22,853 nt of DNA from a virus. The position numbers were made by a program, and so were the translations under genes. This document shows, piece after piece, positions 7,141 through 15,699 of the stretch; the first letter of the stretch is position 1, and the number at the start of each line of letters is the position of its first letter. The stretch lies in IMG/VR virus record IMGVR_UViG_3300012835_000001, positions 1 through 22,853 of that record. One strand, 5' to 3'. Below the pieces are notes generated by a model that was not told the DNA's origin, ran no database searches, and saw nothing but the letters and a program-made list of their open reading frames with translations.

Positions 7141-8330
7141 CCTGTGAGCTGCGCCGTTCCTGGTCGCTTCTCGACGTAGTTGACCGGAATGGTCACGCCG
7201 GCGAACCTCCTGGTCGTGAGCGCGTACATGTCGCGGTAGAACGCGCTGGTGTCGGCGCTGACTGCGACCGTCTTGTTGTGCAGCTCGTAGTCCTGCACCG
7301 TTGTGATGTCGCTGATTGCCTGCCCGGTTTCGGCGTCGACGACGACGACCTTCCCGTCGGGCAGCTGGTAGACGGTGTTGCCGAATTCATCGACCGACTT
7401 CGTCGCCTCGCCCGCAGCCACGGATGCTTCGGCGCTGGCGATCGCGACACGCGACAGCGCTTCGGCCTGAGCGTCGGCGATCGCGGGTCCTTCCGCGAGC
7501 CCCTGGTTCAGGCCGTCCATCGTGGCCTTGAGCGCCTCCCAGTCATCGATCCGGACGTTGCCGGGTGCGTCAGCGATCGCCTTCGAGGCCTCGGACGCGC
7601 TGATTCCCGCGGTGTCGAAGTCGCCGGCAAGAACGAGGAGCGCGGTGGGTAGATCCGTGCCCAGGAGGTCCTTGAGCAACATCGCCTGCCGGCGGGTGTC
7701 CTCGCCGCCGAGGATCTCTTTCATGCGGCGGTCGACCGCGGCCTGATCGAGCCCGTCGCCGAGCTCGACGAAGTCGTTGATGACGCCTTCCTTGACCTGC
7801 TTCGACATCTCGGCGAACTTCGTGAGTTCGTCGACCATCGCGCCGACCAGACCGCTCAGTGCGCTGACGATCGCGCTGCCGGCTGCCCCGCCGATGCCTG
7901 CTGCAGTCGCGATCGAGCCGAGCGCGTCGACGGCCCCGGTGGCAGCCGAGCCGATATCACCGGACAGGACGTCCTTCGCGATCGAGCCAAGCTCGGTGAG
8001 GCTGCCCCCGGCCTTGGTCGCTCCGCCCTCGATGCCGGACGCGATATCGTCGCCGGCGGCTTCGGCGGACTTGCCGGCGTCGGCGAGATCCTCGGTCGAG
8101 CTGGTGACCTCGTCGACGGCGCGCTTCGCACGGTCGAGGGGAACCCCGAACGCGTCGGAGAAGTCAGAGGCGATCTCGTCGGCGGTCTTGCCGGCCTGGG
8201 TGCCGAGCTCGACCGCTTGCTTCATCAGGTCGGCGAGGGCGTCGGCGTTGTCGTCGACCGCGGCCTCGGACTTGTCGAGCCCTGAGAGCCAGTTGACGAC
8301 GTCAGCGATGAAGCGGACGGTTACTGCCAT
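7137..8330 (-). CDS. Tape measure protein (397 aa, short)
   Basis: Ala/Gly/Asp-rich helical sequence with a glycine-zipper hydrophobic patch (GSIATAAGIGGAAGSAIVSALSGLVGAMV). Located upstream of the tail-tip genes. I chose ATG 8330 (AGGTGG 8 nt upstream); the track extension to 8414 is Arg-rich and overlaps the previous gene. Confidence 0.7.
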   Translation of the reverse strand: MAVTVRFIADVVNWLSGLDKSEAAVDDNADALADLMKQAVELGTQAGKTADEIASDFSDAFGVPLDRAKRAVDEVTSSTEDLADAGKSAEAAGDDIASGIEGGATKAGGSLTELGSIAKDVLSGDIGSAATGAVDALGSIATAAGIGGAAGSAIVSALSGLVGAMVDELTKFAEMSKQVKEGVINDFVELGDGLDQAAVDRRMKEILGGEDTRRQAMLLKDLLGTDLPTALLVLAGDFDTAGISASEASKAIADAPGNVRIDDWEALKATMDGLNQGLAEGPAIADAQAEALSRVAIASAEASVAAGEATKSVDEFGNTVYQLPDGKVVVVDAETGQAISDITTVQDYELHNKTVAVSADTSAFYRDMYALTTRRFAGVTIPVNYVEKRPGTAQLTG

Positions 8331-8878
8331 GAGCCGGCCACCTGACTCTGCACGTCGCCGGCGTCGGCGTCGAACACGGGGTCGTCGAACTGCCCCATCA
8401 GCCCGTCGACCCACGCGGTGACGTAGTCCTGCGACTGGGTGCCGATCGTCGGGTAGATGACGCGGCCCTTCGCGTTGCGGGGCGGTAGGTTCCGGCCGAC
8501 CCAGATCAGCGTCGCGGCCTGGAACTCGCGGCCGCCGCCGAGACGGATCGTGCGGCGCCGGTTCGGCGCGGCGATCCGCCGCGGATTCATGCCGTAATCC
8601 ACGGCGTACCAGTGCGAACTGTCGAGTCCGCCCGACAGTGCCGGGCCGACGCCGGCGGTGAGGCTGAACCCGAGGTCGTCGACGTCGGCGTGCGCACCTG
8701 AGACGAGCAGCTTGGTCTGCTGCGCGCCGGATGCCGCGGCCTGCAGCGCCGGCACCCAGGACGACTCGATCGCCGAGTCGGCGGCATCCCGCATCTCGTC
8801 CTGGGTGTCGGTCTGCGCACGCTGCAGCGTCAGCAGGACATCGCCCATGCTGTCGTTGACGTCGACGATCTTCAGCAT
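8321..8878 (-). CDS. Structural protein (185 aa) in the tail-assembly-chaperone position; faint HK97 gp10-like character
   Basis: ATG 8878 abuts the upstream stop (TGATG). The downstream part of track ORF 8321..9133 has good coding character, while the first 85 aa of that ORF are Arg-rich junk. The motif HWYAVDYGMNPRR faintly resembles the gp10 family. Confidence 0.4.
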   Translation of the reverse strand: MLKIVDVNDSMGDVLLTLQRAQTDTQDEMRDAADSAIESSWVPALQAAASGAQQTKLLVSGAHADVDDLGFSLTAGVGPALSGGLDSSHWYAVDYGMNPRRIAAPNRRRTIRLGGGREFQAATLIWVGRNLPPRNAKGRVIYPTIGTQSQDYVTAWVDGLMGQFDDPVFDADAGDVQSQVAGSWQ

Positions 8879-9336
8879 CAGCCGGCCGGTACCTCTTCGG
8901 CCTCGGCGACGGGCGCGGCGAGCCCTTCGGGCGGCGTCGGCGCCGGGACGATCGTGGGGCGTGCGACGAGGGTCAGGGTGATGTCGAACGTGCCGTGCTG
9001 GTTCGCGGCGCCGCCGACGGACGGGTCGGGGATCGACGCGATCAGGCCGGCGAAGTAGACCTCTCCGTCGCCCATCGGCGACCAGGTGACGGGCACGTCG
9101 GTGTCGTTGAAGTTGTCCCACAGGTAGCGCCACAGGGTGCCGTCGTCGAGGGTCTCCTGCACGCCGGTGAGGGTGATGGTGTAGCCGCGGGTCGGGCTGT
9201 CCGAGTAGTCGCGGTTGATCGCGGGCAGCACGATCGGCTGCGGCGCGTTCTGGACGATGTTGGTGACGAAGTCGCCGTAGTCGATCGCGGTGGCGGCGTC
9301 ACCCAGCAGCAGGACGCAGGGTCCAACAAGGGTCAT
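8878..9336 (-). CDS. Major tail (tube) protein candidate (152 aa)
   Basis: Position between the neck genes and the tape measure. Strong SD (GAGGAG 8 nt upstream) suggests a highly expressed protein. Pro/Ala/Glu-rich C-terminal tail. No family recognised. Confidence 0.4.
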   Translation of the reverse strand: MTLVGPCVLLLGDAATAIDYGDFVTNIVQNAPQPIVLPAINRDYSDSPTRGYTITLTGVQETLDDGTLWRYLWDNFNDTDVPVTWSPMGDGEVYFAGLIASIPDPSVGGAANQHGTFDITLTLVARPTIVPAPTPPEGLAAPVAEAEEVPAG

Positions 9337-9752
9337 GACAGGTACTCCTCTGTGATGGTGATCGCCCAGCCGGGGATCTTCGGGGCCTTCGGGTCTTCGC
9401 TGATCGCGAAGTCGGTGGGGTCGACGGTCGCCGCCGCGGCACGCCAGGAGACGATGCCGGCGCCGGTGATGACGTCGAGCAGCTCGGCGCAGCGGTCCGC
9501 GGCCTCCACGGCGGGACCGCCGGCGACCAGGCCGATCGTCCAGACGAGACGGCGGATGCCGCGCGGTGCGGGGATCTGGATCTTCGGGAACGGGTACACG
9601 ATGATGCCGCCGGCGGCCGGCGAGCGGGACTGCATGAAGTCCATGCCGTTGTTCGAGACGGTCACGAGCTCGGCGTCGTCGAGGCCGCTGGAACGGATCG
9701 CAGCCGTTACCGCTGCGGTGAGCTCGACGCGCCGGTCGGTGATCTGGCTCAT
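9333..9752 (-). CDS. Neck / tail-terminator-position protein (139 aa)
   Basis: ATG 9752 overlaps the upstream stop (ATGA). This is the downstream part of track ORF 9333..9962. Function inferred from position only. Confidence 0.45.
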   Translation of the reverse strand: MSQITDRRVELTAAVTAAIRSSGLDDAELVTVSNNGMDFMQSRSPAAGGIIVYPFPKIQIPAPRGIRRLVWTIGLVAGGPAVEAADRCAELLDVITGAGIVSWRAAAATVDPTDFAISEDPKAPKIPGWAITITEEYLS

Positions 9753-10141
9753 GCCATCACCGGCCCGATATACGGGGCGAGGATCGGATACGCCGCGGTG
9801 TACGGGTTCGACCGCACCGGTGGCACCGCGGGCGCCTCCATCGGGTCGATGTTCGACCAGGTGCGGCGCCGGCGGAACAGTTGCGCGCCGACCTCCAGGA
9901 ACGCCCGCTGATACGCGGTGACCGGCACGTTCGTCGCGGTGCCGATCGTGTCGGTGAGCCACTGGATCGCCTCGTCGGTGCAGTCGCCGACGTACTCGGC
10001 GTCCGCGGAGCTGTCGCCGAGGCGCACGTCGACGTACACGGCGAGTTTCTGCTCGAGCGTGTCCCGATCCGGGTAGACGGGCGCGGCCGCGCCGAACGCG
10101 CGGCTGTAGGCGGCGTCGAACGGCGACCCGGGGGTGCTCAT
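9749..10141 (-). CDS. Head-tail connector (phage gp6-like adaptor), 130 aa
   Basis: ATG 10141 overlaps the upstream stop. The pattern YVDVRLGDSSADAEYVGDCTDEAIQWLTDTIG...AYQRAFLEVGAQLFRRR resembles the gp6-like connector family. Located after the capsid gene. Confidence 0.55.
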   Translation of the reverse strand: MSTPGSPFDAAYSRAFGAAAPVYPDRDTLEQKLAVYVDVRLGDSSADAEYVGDCTDEAIQWLTDTIGTATNVPVTAYQRAFLEVGAQLFRRRRTWSNIDPMEAPAVPPVRSNPYTAAYPILAPYIGPVMA

Positions 10142-10347
10142 TCGTTCTCCAGCGCGGTCACCCGCACGTCGAGCTCGTCGATCGCGGCCTGCACGGCGGG
10201 CACGGCGGTCACGACGACCTCGTTGAGGGTGCTCTGCACCGACGCGGTGTAGTCCCATAGGCCAGTGACGATCTGGCGCAGATCGTCGGCGGAGATCTGC
10301 CCGGTGGTGTTGTCGGGCAGCAGCGCGAGCATGTCGTCGAGGTTCAC
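10138..10347 (-). CDS. Small head-associated hypothetical protein (69 aa)
   Basis: Track ORF with a GTG start and GAGGGGA just upstream, lying between the capsid and connector genes. Helical, acidic sequence. Confidence 0.5.
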   Translation of the reverse strand: MNLDDMLALLPDNTTGQISADDLRQIVTGLWDYTASVQSTLNEVVVTAVPAVQAAIDELDVRVTALENE

Positions 10348-10372
10348 AGCATCCCCTCTCGTGGATGCCGGT

Positions 10373-10408
10373 TCCCCGCGCGCCGCGATCGGAGTCGGCG
10401 CGCGGGGA
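10373..10408 (-). terminator. GC-rich perfect stem-loop directly after the capsid stop (I-shaped terminator / attenuator candidate)
   Basis: CCCCGCGCGCCG (10374..10385) pairs perfectly with CGGCGCGCGGGG (10396..10407), with a flanking T-A pair. The 10-nt loop has no U-tract. It starts 10 nt after the TAG of the capsid gene. Confidence 0.5.
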
Positions 10409-10417
10409 TCCGGGGTC

Positions 10418-11656
10418 CTACTTCGAGCTCGTCTTCGCGAGGGCGGGGGCCTCGACGGGCGCGGTGAGGGTGAGCGGCGTGAACAGGTCGGGCTTCGTGT
10501 TCAGGAACGCGCCGAAGCCGGCGTAGCCGACGAGCTGGCCGAGCACGTCGGGCTCGGCGACCTGCATGAGACCGTCGACGTCCTCGTACCACTCCAGGAA
10601 CCGGGCGGGGCCGACGACCGCGGTGCCGGGCGGGAACCACGGGTCGACCACGAGCTTGATGCCCAGCACGTTGCCGGCAGCGGAGGTCGGGGTGACCGAC
10701 GGGAACACCAGGGTGCCGTTGTTGTTGACCAGGCCACCGAGCGAGCCCCAGATGTCGGGGGCCGCCCACAGCGTGTCGGGCAGCGGCGCGCCCTCGGCGA
10801 CCAGCATCGTCGCCGACGCGGCCTGGAAGAGCGCACCGGTCACGCCGGCCGCGGTCAGGTCGCCCGCGATGGGGTCGTTGGTCAGCGACGCGACGAACTG
10901 GTCGACGGCGTCGTTGTCGGTTTCGACCGCGTAGCGGTGCACGAAGTCCTCGGCGACGATCTGCATGATCCCCGGCTGGGACCACTTGATGTCCTGCCGG
11001 GAGATGTTCAGGTGGCCGGCGTAGGTGGCCGCGGCGACGGGCAGCTTGCCGACGATCAGCTTCTGCGACGCGGTGAGGTCCTTCTCCGCGGCCTGCTTGC
11101 CGATCGCGACGTGCTGGGTGATCACGGGTCGGTCGAAGCTGCCGGTGGGCAGTCGCTTCTGGCTGATCGACGAGATGAACGGGCGGTCGTTGGCGACCGC
11201 GGTGATCACCGGGCCGACGATCGGCCGCGGGATCAGGCCGGGGTTGTCGGCGGTGGTCTGGTGGGCGGTGGCGCGCTCGATCAGCTGCGCCGCCTCCTGG
11301 TCACCGCGCAGCGCCCGCCCGACGGTGACGATGTAGTCGCCCATCGTGGGGAACGCGTCGAGCAGCTCCTTGTCGGGGTCCTTCTCGCGCTCGACGACGA
11401 CGGTCGTCGAGGACTGCCGTGGCTGCTGCGGCACGCGGCCGCGCGCTTCGGCGACCTTGCTGCGGGTGACTTCGAGCTCGCTGTAGTAGTCGATCGACTT
11501 CTTGAGCTCGTCGGCCTTCGTGCGGTCGCGGTTGACGAGTTCCTGCTCGTCCTTCGTGACGTCGCGGCCCTCGTCGGCCGCGCGATCGAGGATCTCATCG
11601 ATCCCCGTCGTGATTTCCTCGAACTGCGCAGTGAGCGCGTCCAGATAGCGTCCCAT
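10418..11656 (-). CDS. Major capsid protein, HK97 fold, with N-terminal delta/scaffold domain (412 aa)
   Basis: Coiled-coil N-terminus (EEITTGIDEILDRAADEGRDVTKDEQELV...) followed by ATAHQTTADNPGLIPRPIVGPVI and the rest of a typical HK97-family capsid body. Follows the prohead protease. Confidence 0.85.
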   Translation of the reverse strand: MGRYLDALTAQFEEITTGIDEILDRAADEGRDVTKDEQELVNRDRTKADELKKSIDYYSELEVTRSKVAEARGRVPQQPRQSSTTVVVEREKDPDKELLDAFPTMGDYIVTVGRALRGDQEAAQLIERATAHQTTADNPGLIPRPIVGPVITAVANDRPFISSISQKRLPTGSFDRPVITQHVAIGKQAAEKDLTASQKLIVGKLPVAAATYAGHLNISRQDIKWSQPGIMQIVAEDFVHRYAVETDNDAVDQFVASLTNDPIAGDLTAAGVTGALFQAASATMLVAEGAPLPDTLWAAPDIWGSLGGLVNNNGTLVFPSVTPTSAAGNVLGIKLVVDPWFPPGTAVVGPARFLEWYEDVDGLMQVAEPDVLGQLVGYAGFGAFLNTKPDLFTPLTLTAPVEAPALAKTSSK

Positions 11657-11794
11657 GACGGGAGACCTCCCAGGTCAGATGTTGGATTCATCTGGCCGGG
11701 TGGCCGGTCTCGTCGTCCCAGGGTGGCCGCTCGACGGGCGGGGTGTCTGGTGGCGACCGCCGGGGTGGCGGCTCCTACTTGCGGCCCATAGTAC

Positions 11795-12370
11795 TCAGCT
11801 GCGCATGCTCTCGCGCCAGGCGCGCAGCTCGTCGAGAACCGGTGTCGGCTCCTGCCCGATCACCTCGTGCTCGCGCGCCACGAGCACGCCGGCGCCGGCG
11901 TACTGCGGTTGCGGGGTGGCGGCGACGTGGTTCAACCCGGCGAGCTCACGCACACGCCGCTCGCGACCGGCGGCGCGGTCCTCGCGGGTGCGGAAGATCT
12001 TCGCGCCGACCGACCAGCCCTGCAGCTCGCCCGAGCGCGCCTCCTCGGCGAGCGGGTGCGCGCGGTTCAGCCGGAAGTCGACATACAGCCCGTCGGATGC
12101 CTCGGCCATGCCGACGCAGCGGCCGAGGAACCGGTCGCCGTCGTCGCCACGGTGCCCGACGAACAGGTTCACCCAGCGGCCGCCCTTGGCCGCGTCACGT
12201 GCGAACGCGCCGGCGGCGAACCGTTCCAGGTAGGTTGTCTTCCCGCCGTCGTCGCTGACGACCTGGTCGCGGTCGTAGGGCACGGCCAGGCCGTGCAGGG
12301 TCCACCCGTCACCGACCGGCTCCAGGACGTCGGCGGCGAGGGATCGTTCGATAAGCAATTCGCTCATCAT
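11795..12370 (-). CDS. Prohead maturation protease, HK97 / peptidase S78 type (191 aa)
   Basis: LHGLAVPYDRDQVV...ERFAAGAF...VNLFVGHRGDD...GLYVDFRL...GELQGWSVGAKI (conserved His and Ser context). ATG 12370 abuts the portal stop. The upstream part of track ORF 11795..12997 is portal sequence in another frame. Confidence 0.85.
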   Translation of the reverse strand: MMSELLIERSLAADVLEPVGDGWTLHGLAVPYDRDQVVSDDGGKTTYLERFAAGAFARDAAKGGRWVNLFVGHRGDDGDRFLGRCVGMAEASDGLYVDFRLNRAHPLAEEARSGELQGWSVGAKIFRTREDRAAGRERRVRELAGLNHVAATPQPQYAGAGVLVAREHEVIGQEPTPVLDELRAWRESMRS

Positions 12371-13626
12371 CCGACTCCAATCGTGTTGAGCTCCGCTGCA
12401 GCTGCGGCGGCCGCGTCGGCCGTCGCGTCGGTGTTCTCCGCCGCCGGTGGTGCCGCCGACTGCCCGGTCGCCGGCAGCGGGCCGCGACCGAGACGTGCGC
12501 GCGCCTCGTCGATGGTGAGGATGCCCGCGGCCGTGTAGGCGACGAGGACCTCGGCGACGGATTTCTGGTCGGCGCGCATCCGGGAGTCGTAGTCCCAGAC
12601 GACGTCGGTCCCGGCCGGCAGCTGCCACTTCGACACGGCCTCGGTGATCGGCCGCGCGAACCGGTCGACCGAGTCGCGTACGAAGTCGATGTCTCCGGTT
12701 TCGACGTTCTGGTAGGTCATCGTCGGGCCCTCGAGCCCGAGTTTCCACACCGGCACGCCCACAGCGTTCGCCACGGCCGTCGCGTTCCACTTGCGCGCCT
12801 CGATCAGTTGCGACGTCTGCGCGTTGCCGACGATTGGGGTGAGCGTCGTCCCTTCGGGAAGCACGACCGGTTCGCGGACCGACGTGATGTCGCGCCACTT
12901 CGCTTTGATGTCGTCGAGCTGCGTCTGATTCGGCACCGCCCGCACCGACAGCACCGCCGGCGGGAGCGCGCCGGCCGCGAAAGCGTCGCGAGACCACTGC
13001 TCGGCCGCCTCCACGCCGGATAGCCAGTCGAGGTGCTGCTGCAGCACGCCGCGGCCGAGGATCTCGCCCGAGCGAGCGCCGAACGCGACATGGAAGATCT
13101 CGTCAGGGTCGAACGCTTCGCCGCCGATCACCCACTGGTACCAGCCCGGGAATGCCGGGTCGGTCATGATCCAGACCTCGTCGGCCGGCAGCGGCACGAT
13201 CCATCCCGGCCGGCCCGTGCGCCAGTCGAGCTCGCCCTGCAGCGCGAAGTGGTTGCCGTAGAGGATCCCGTCCTCCGCTGCAGCCCACCGGTAGTTCCAC
13301 AGCGGCTGCAGCGGCGACGGGTCGGTGACGATGTTGGGCTGGTCAGGCAGCGGTGCCCGGATGCCGAGCGCCGGGTCGTAGCGGCGGGCGTACCACTCGG
13401 TGCCGGCGACCGCGTTGCACAGCAGGTCGACCGCGCGCCCGAAGAACGGGTTGCCCATCGCGACCTGCTCGGTCACCTCTGGCGCGCCGGGCACCTGCGG
13501 ACCGTACAGGATGTCGGCGCGGGTCGTCTTGCCCAGCGTCGACGTCGACGAAGTGATGCGATGGACGATCTGCTTATCGCGGAGTCGCCTGGCGGCGTAT
13601 GACAGGGCGACTGCGCGGGATGCCAC
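12367..13626 (-). CDS. Portal protein, HK97 family (419 aa)
   Basis: Size and position directly after TerL. GTG start with GAGGAG 8 nt upstream. Sequence pattern typical of phage portals (GNPFFGRAVDLLCNAVAGTEWY..., ...WNATAVANAVGVP...). Confidence 0.8.
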   Translation of the reverse strand: MASRAVALSYAARRLRDKQIVHRITSSTSTLGKTTRADILYGPQVPGAPEVTEQVAMGNPFFGRAVDLLCNAVAGTEWYARRYDPALGIRAPLPDQPNIVTDPSPLQPLWNYRWAAAEDGILYGNHFALQGELDWRTGRPGWIVPLPADEVWIMTDPAFPGWYQWVIGGEAFDPDEIFHVAFGARSGEILGRGVLQQHLDWLSGVEAAEQWSRDAFAAGALPPAVLSVRAVPNQTQLDDIKAKWRDITSVREPVVLPEGTTLTPIVGNAQTSQLIEARKWNATAVANAVGVPVWKLGLEGPTMTYQNVETGDIDFVRDSVDRFARPITEAVSKWQLPAGTDVVWDYDSRMRADQKSVAEVLVAYTAAGILTIDEARARLGRGPLPATGQSAAPPAAENTDATADAAAAAAAELNTIGVG

Positions 13627-13638
13627 GGCCTGAGCTCC

Positions 13639-15183
13639 TCAGTACACGAAGAAAGTCTCTGGTTCTGGCGCGCGTCCCAACGCCCATGCGGCGAGGGTAG
13701 CACTCACGATCGGCGTCTGCGGGACAGGCAGTCGGCGTTCCCACTGCCACGCCTTCCCGCTGGTGCGCTGCGCGGCGCCGGCGGCCTGGGTGGCCTTCGC
13801 GTAGGTGTCGGACTTGCGGATCCGCAGCCCGCCGGCGCGCAGCCTCGAGTCCCACGCGAAGCACGCCGCCACGATGTCCTGCGCGGTCGTCTTGACGAGC
13901 TTGCGGGCGATCGCCGGCTCGTCGCGCTCGATGTCGAGGATCAGGTCATGGCCGGGCCCGTAGTCGTCGATGCCGATCGCGTTGACCGTGGGCTCGAGCT
14001 GGCGGAGCCGGTCGAGCACCCACGACGAGCCGGGCCGGTCGTCGATGATCTCCTGCACCAGGCCGTCACGGTCGGGATCGACCGACGTCGCGGTGATCGA
14101 CGCGGACCTGTCGAACGGGTCGATGTCCACGCCGAGCGCAGCCGGCACGTCATCGGGCATGTGCAGCTCGTCGGCGCCGACGCCGGCGTTCTCCCAGCTG
14201 CTGCGCGCGATCGTTTCCCACAGCTTCACGATCGCGCCGGCGCCCGGCCACAGTCCGAAGTACTCGGCGCCGAACGACTCGGGCCCGAGCCGCTTGAGGT
14301 CCTCGCGCAGCTCTTCGATGCGGATCAGACCGTCACGGATGCCCGGATACCACTCGGCCCAGAGGTGCTCGTCGGTGACGTCGGACCCCTCTGGGATCGT
14401 GAACTCGAAGTATGCCGTCCCGGAGGTGTGGCCGGCGTCGACCGCGGCGCGGCCGGCTTCCTTCGTCTCCCACACGGCGGTCTGCTCGTTGTTCAGCACC
14501 GAGATGTTCGTGCACCGCCAGATCTGGCCGTGGCCGCGCGCGTCGCCGAGCGTCGGACCCGCCGCGGCGAGCAGCTCCTGCCCGAGCAGCCTGGTGAACA
14601 CCAGCCACTCGTCGAACGTCAGGTGCATCAGCCCGTCGCCGCGGACGCTCGAGCGGGTCGGGGCGAACACCTGGATCTGCGACGACCGCCGCAGCCGCCA
14701 GTCCTTCCCGGCCGTGGCCGGATCGATCGTCAGCGACGTGTCGCCGATCGCCTCGCGCAGCTTCACCCCGGACCGCCACACGTCCGAGCTCATCGACTCC
14801 CGGTACGGCTCGACGAGATCCTTGAGGAACCGCTGCCGCGCCTTGACGAGGTTCTGCGCGGTGTGCGCGCCGAGGAACGGCATCACCCGGCCGGTGTCGA
14901 GCACGACGGGGCCGGCGAGCGACCGGGCGAGCGGGACGCCCATCGTCGTGACCGATTTCCCGCAACGTCGGCCGACGATCAGGTCGACGTTCGCGTAGGC
15001 GAACGGGGACCCGGGACCGTCGACGCGCTCCAGGCCGACGTCGAGGACGTACTGCTGCCACCTGGTCGGACGCCGGCCGAGCTTCGCGGCGATGATCGCG
15101 CCGACCAGGCGCCCGTCGCTATAGCGGTGCGGAGATCTCGACGTCCTGATCGTCGGCAGCAGCGGCGGCGGTGTCGAGGCCAC
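13639..15183 (-). CDS. terL: Terminase large subunit (514 aa from GTG 15183)
   Basis: Walker A VGRRCGKS, Walker B-like MHLTFDEW and nuclease-domain acidic motif ALGVDIDPFD. The first ~70 codons of track ORF 13639..15393 lie in an alternate frame of the upstream gene. GTG 15183 has GGAGGAG 7 nt upstream and keeps Walker A. Confidence 0.82.
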   Translation of the reverse strand: MASTPPPLLPTIRTSRSPHRYSDGRLVGAIIAAKLGRRPTRWQQYVLDVGLERVDGPGSPFAYANVDLIVGRRCGKSVTTMGVPLARSLAGPVVLDTGRVMPFLGAHTAQNLVKARQRFLKDLVEPYRESMSSDVWRSGVKLREAIGDTSLTIDPATAGKDWRLRRSSQIQVFAPTRSSVRGDGLMHLTFDEWLVFTRLLGQELLAAAGPTLGDARGHGQIWRCTNISVLNNEQTAVWETKEAGRAAVDAGHTSGTAYFEFTIPEGSDVTDEHLWAEWYPGIRDGLIRIEELREDLKRLGPESFGAEYFGLWPGAGAIVKLWETIARSSWENAGVGADELHMPDDVPAALGVDIDPFDRSASITATSVDPDRDGLVQEIIDDRPGSSWVLDRLRQLEPTVNAIGIDDYGPGHDLILDIERDEPAIARKLVKTTAQDIVAACFAWDSRLRAGGLRIRKSDTYAKATQAAGAAQRTSGKAWQWERRLPVPQTPIVSATLAAWALGRAPEPETFFVY

Positions 15184-15502
15184 GGTCGAACTCCTCCAGG
15201 TAGGCGCGGATCCGGTCGGCCTCGTACTCGAGCACTTCGCCCTTCTCTTCGACGACCGGCTCGGGCAGCCGCGACTCGGCCGCGAGCATCTGCGCGTACA
15301 GCTGCGCTTTCGCGATGCCCTTCGCGTGCTGCGCTTCCTCGGCGAGCTCCAGCACCGCAGCGGCGATGCCCTCATGCCACGGCTGGATCGCACCCGACCT
15401 GCGCCGTGCCTCGATCGCGTCGCTCATCCGCTGCACAAGATCCGACGGTGGGCGCACTCCTCCCCACGCCTCGGCGCCGGGAAGAGTGCTCATGCCGCCC
15501 AT
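15119..15502 (-). CDS. Terminase small subunit candidate (127 aa)
   Basis: First gene after the 220-bp non-coding region and immediately upstream of, and overlapping, TerL. Helical, acidic C-terminus. Function inferred from position only. Confidence 0.45.
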   Translation of the reverse strand: MGGMSTLPGAEAWGGVRPPSDLVQRMSDAIEARRRSGAIQPWHEGIAAAVLELAEEAQHAKGIAKAQLYAQMLAAESRLPEPVVEEKGEVLEYEADRIRAYLEEFDRGLDTAAAAADDQDVEISAPL

Positions 15503-15570
15503 TATCCGCCCGGATCCACTCTCCCGGCTGGTGCGCGCGGGCGTAGCCGACTACAGTCGAGCTCACCCGG

Positions 15571-15609
15571 CCCGGCTCGCGCGATTCTCCGCGCGATCCG
15601 GGTTTTTTT
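15571..15609 (+). terminator. Canonical intrinsic terminator oriented for + strand transcripts
   Basis: CCCGG-c-TCGCGCG (15571..15583), loop ATTCTC, then CGCGCGA-t-CCGGG (15590..15602), followed directly by seven T (15603..15609). All neighbouring genes are on the - strand. Confidence 0.6.
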
Positions 15610-15670
15610 CTGAGCGTTCAGGGTAAATATCCACAGGTCGCGGGGTGTCCAAGCATCAAAGCCTCACTCA

Positions 15671-15699
15671 GAAACCGAAGCATCGAACTCGCGATGCTC
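15671..15699 (-). terminator. Weaker intrinsic terminator candidate for - strand (early operon) transcripts
   Basis: On the - strand, GAGCATCG / CGATGCTT forms 7 bp plus a G-U pair (15678..15699) with a 6-nt loop, followed by CGGTTTCTG. It lies about 25 nt after the stop of the 78-aa gene. Confidence 0.3.

Noticed and set aside
13639-15393. Full-length 584-aa track ORF as TerL, and similar 5-prime-extended track ORFs (7137..8414, 8321..9133, 9333..9962, 9749..10258, 11795..12997, 18239..18721, 18585..19388, 19921..20247, 20175..20540)
   Set aside because: The extensions run through the upstream gene in another frame and give Arg-rich junk. In each case an internal start makes a 1-4 nt junction with the upstream stop.
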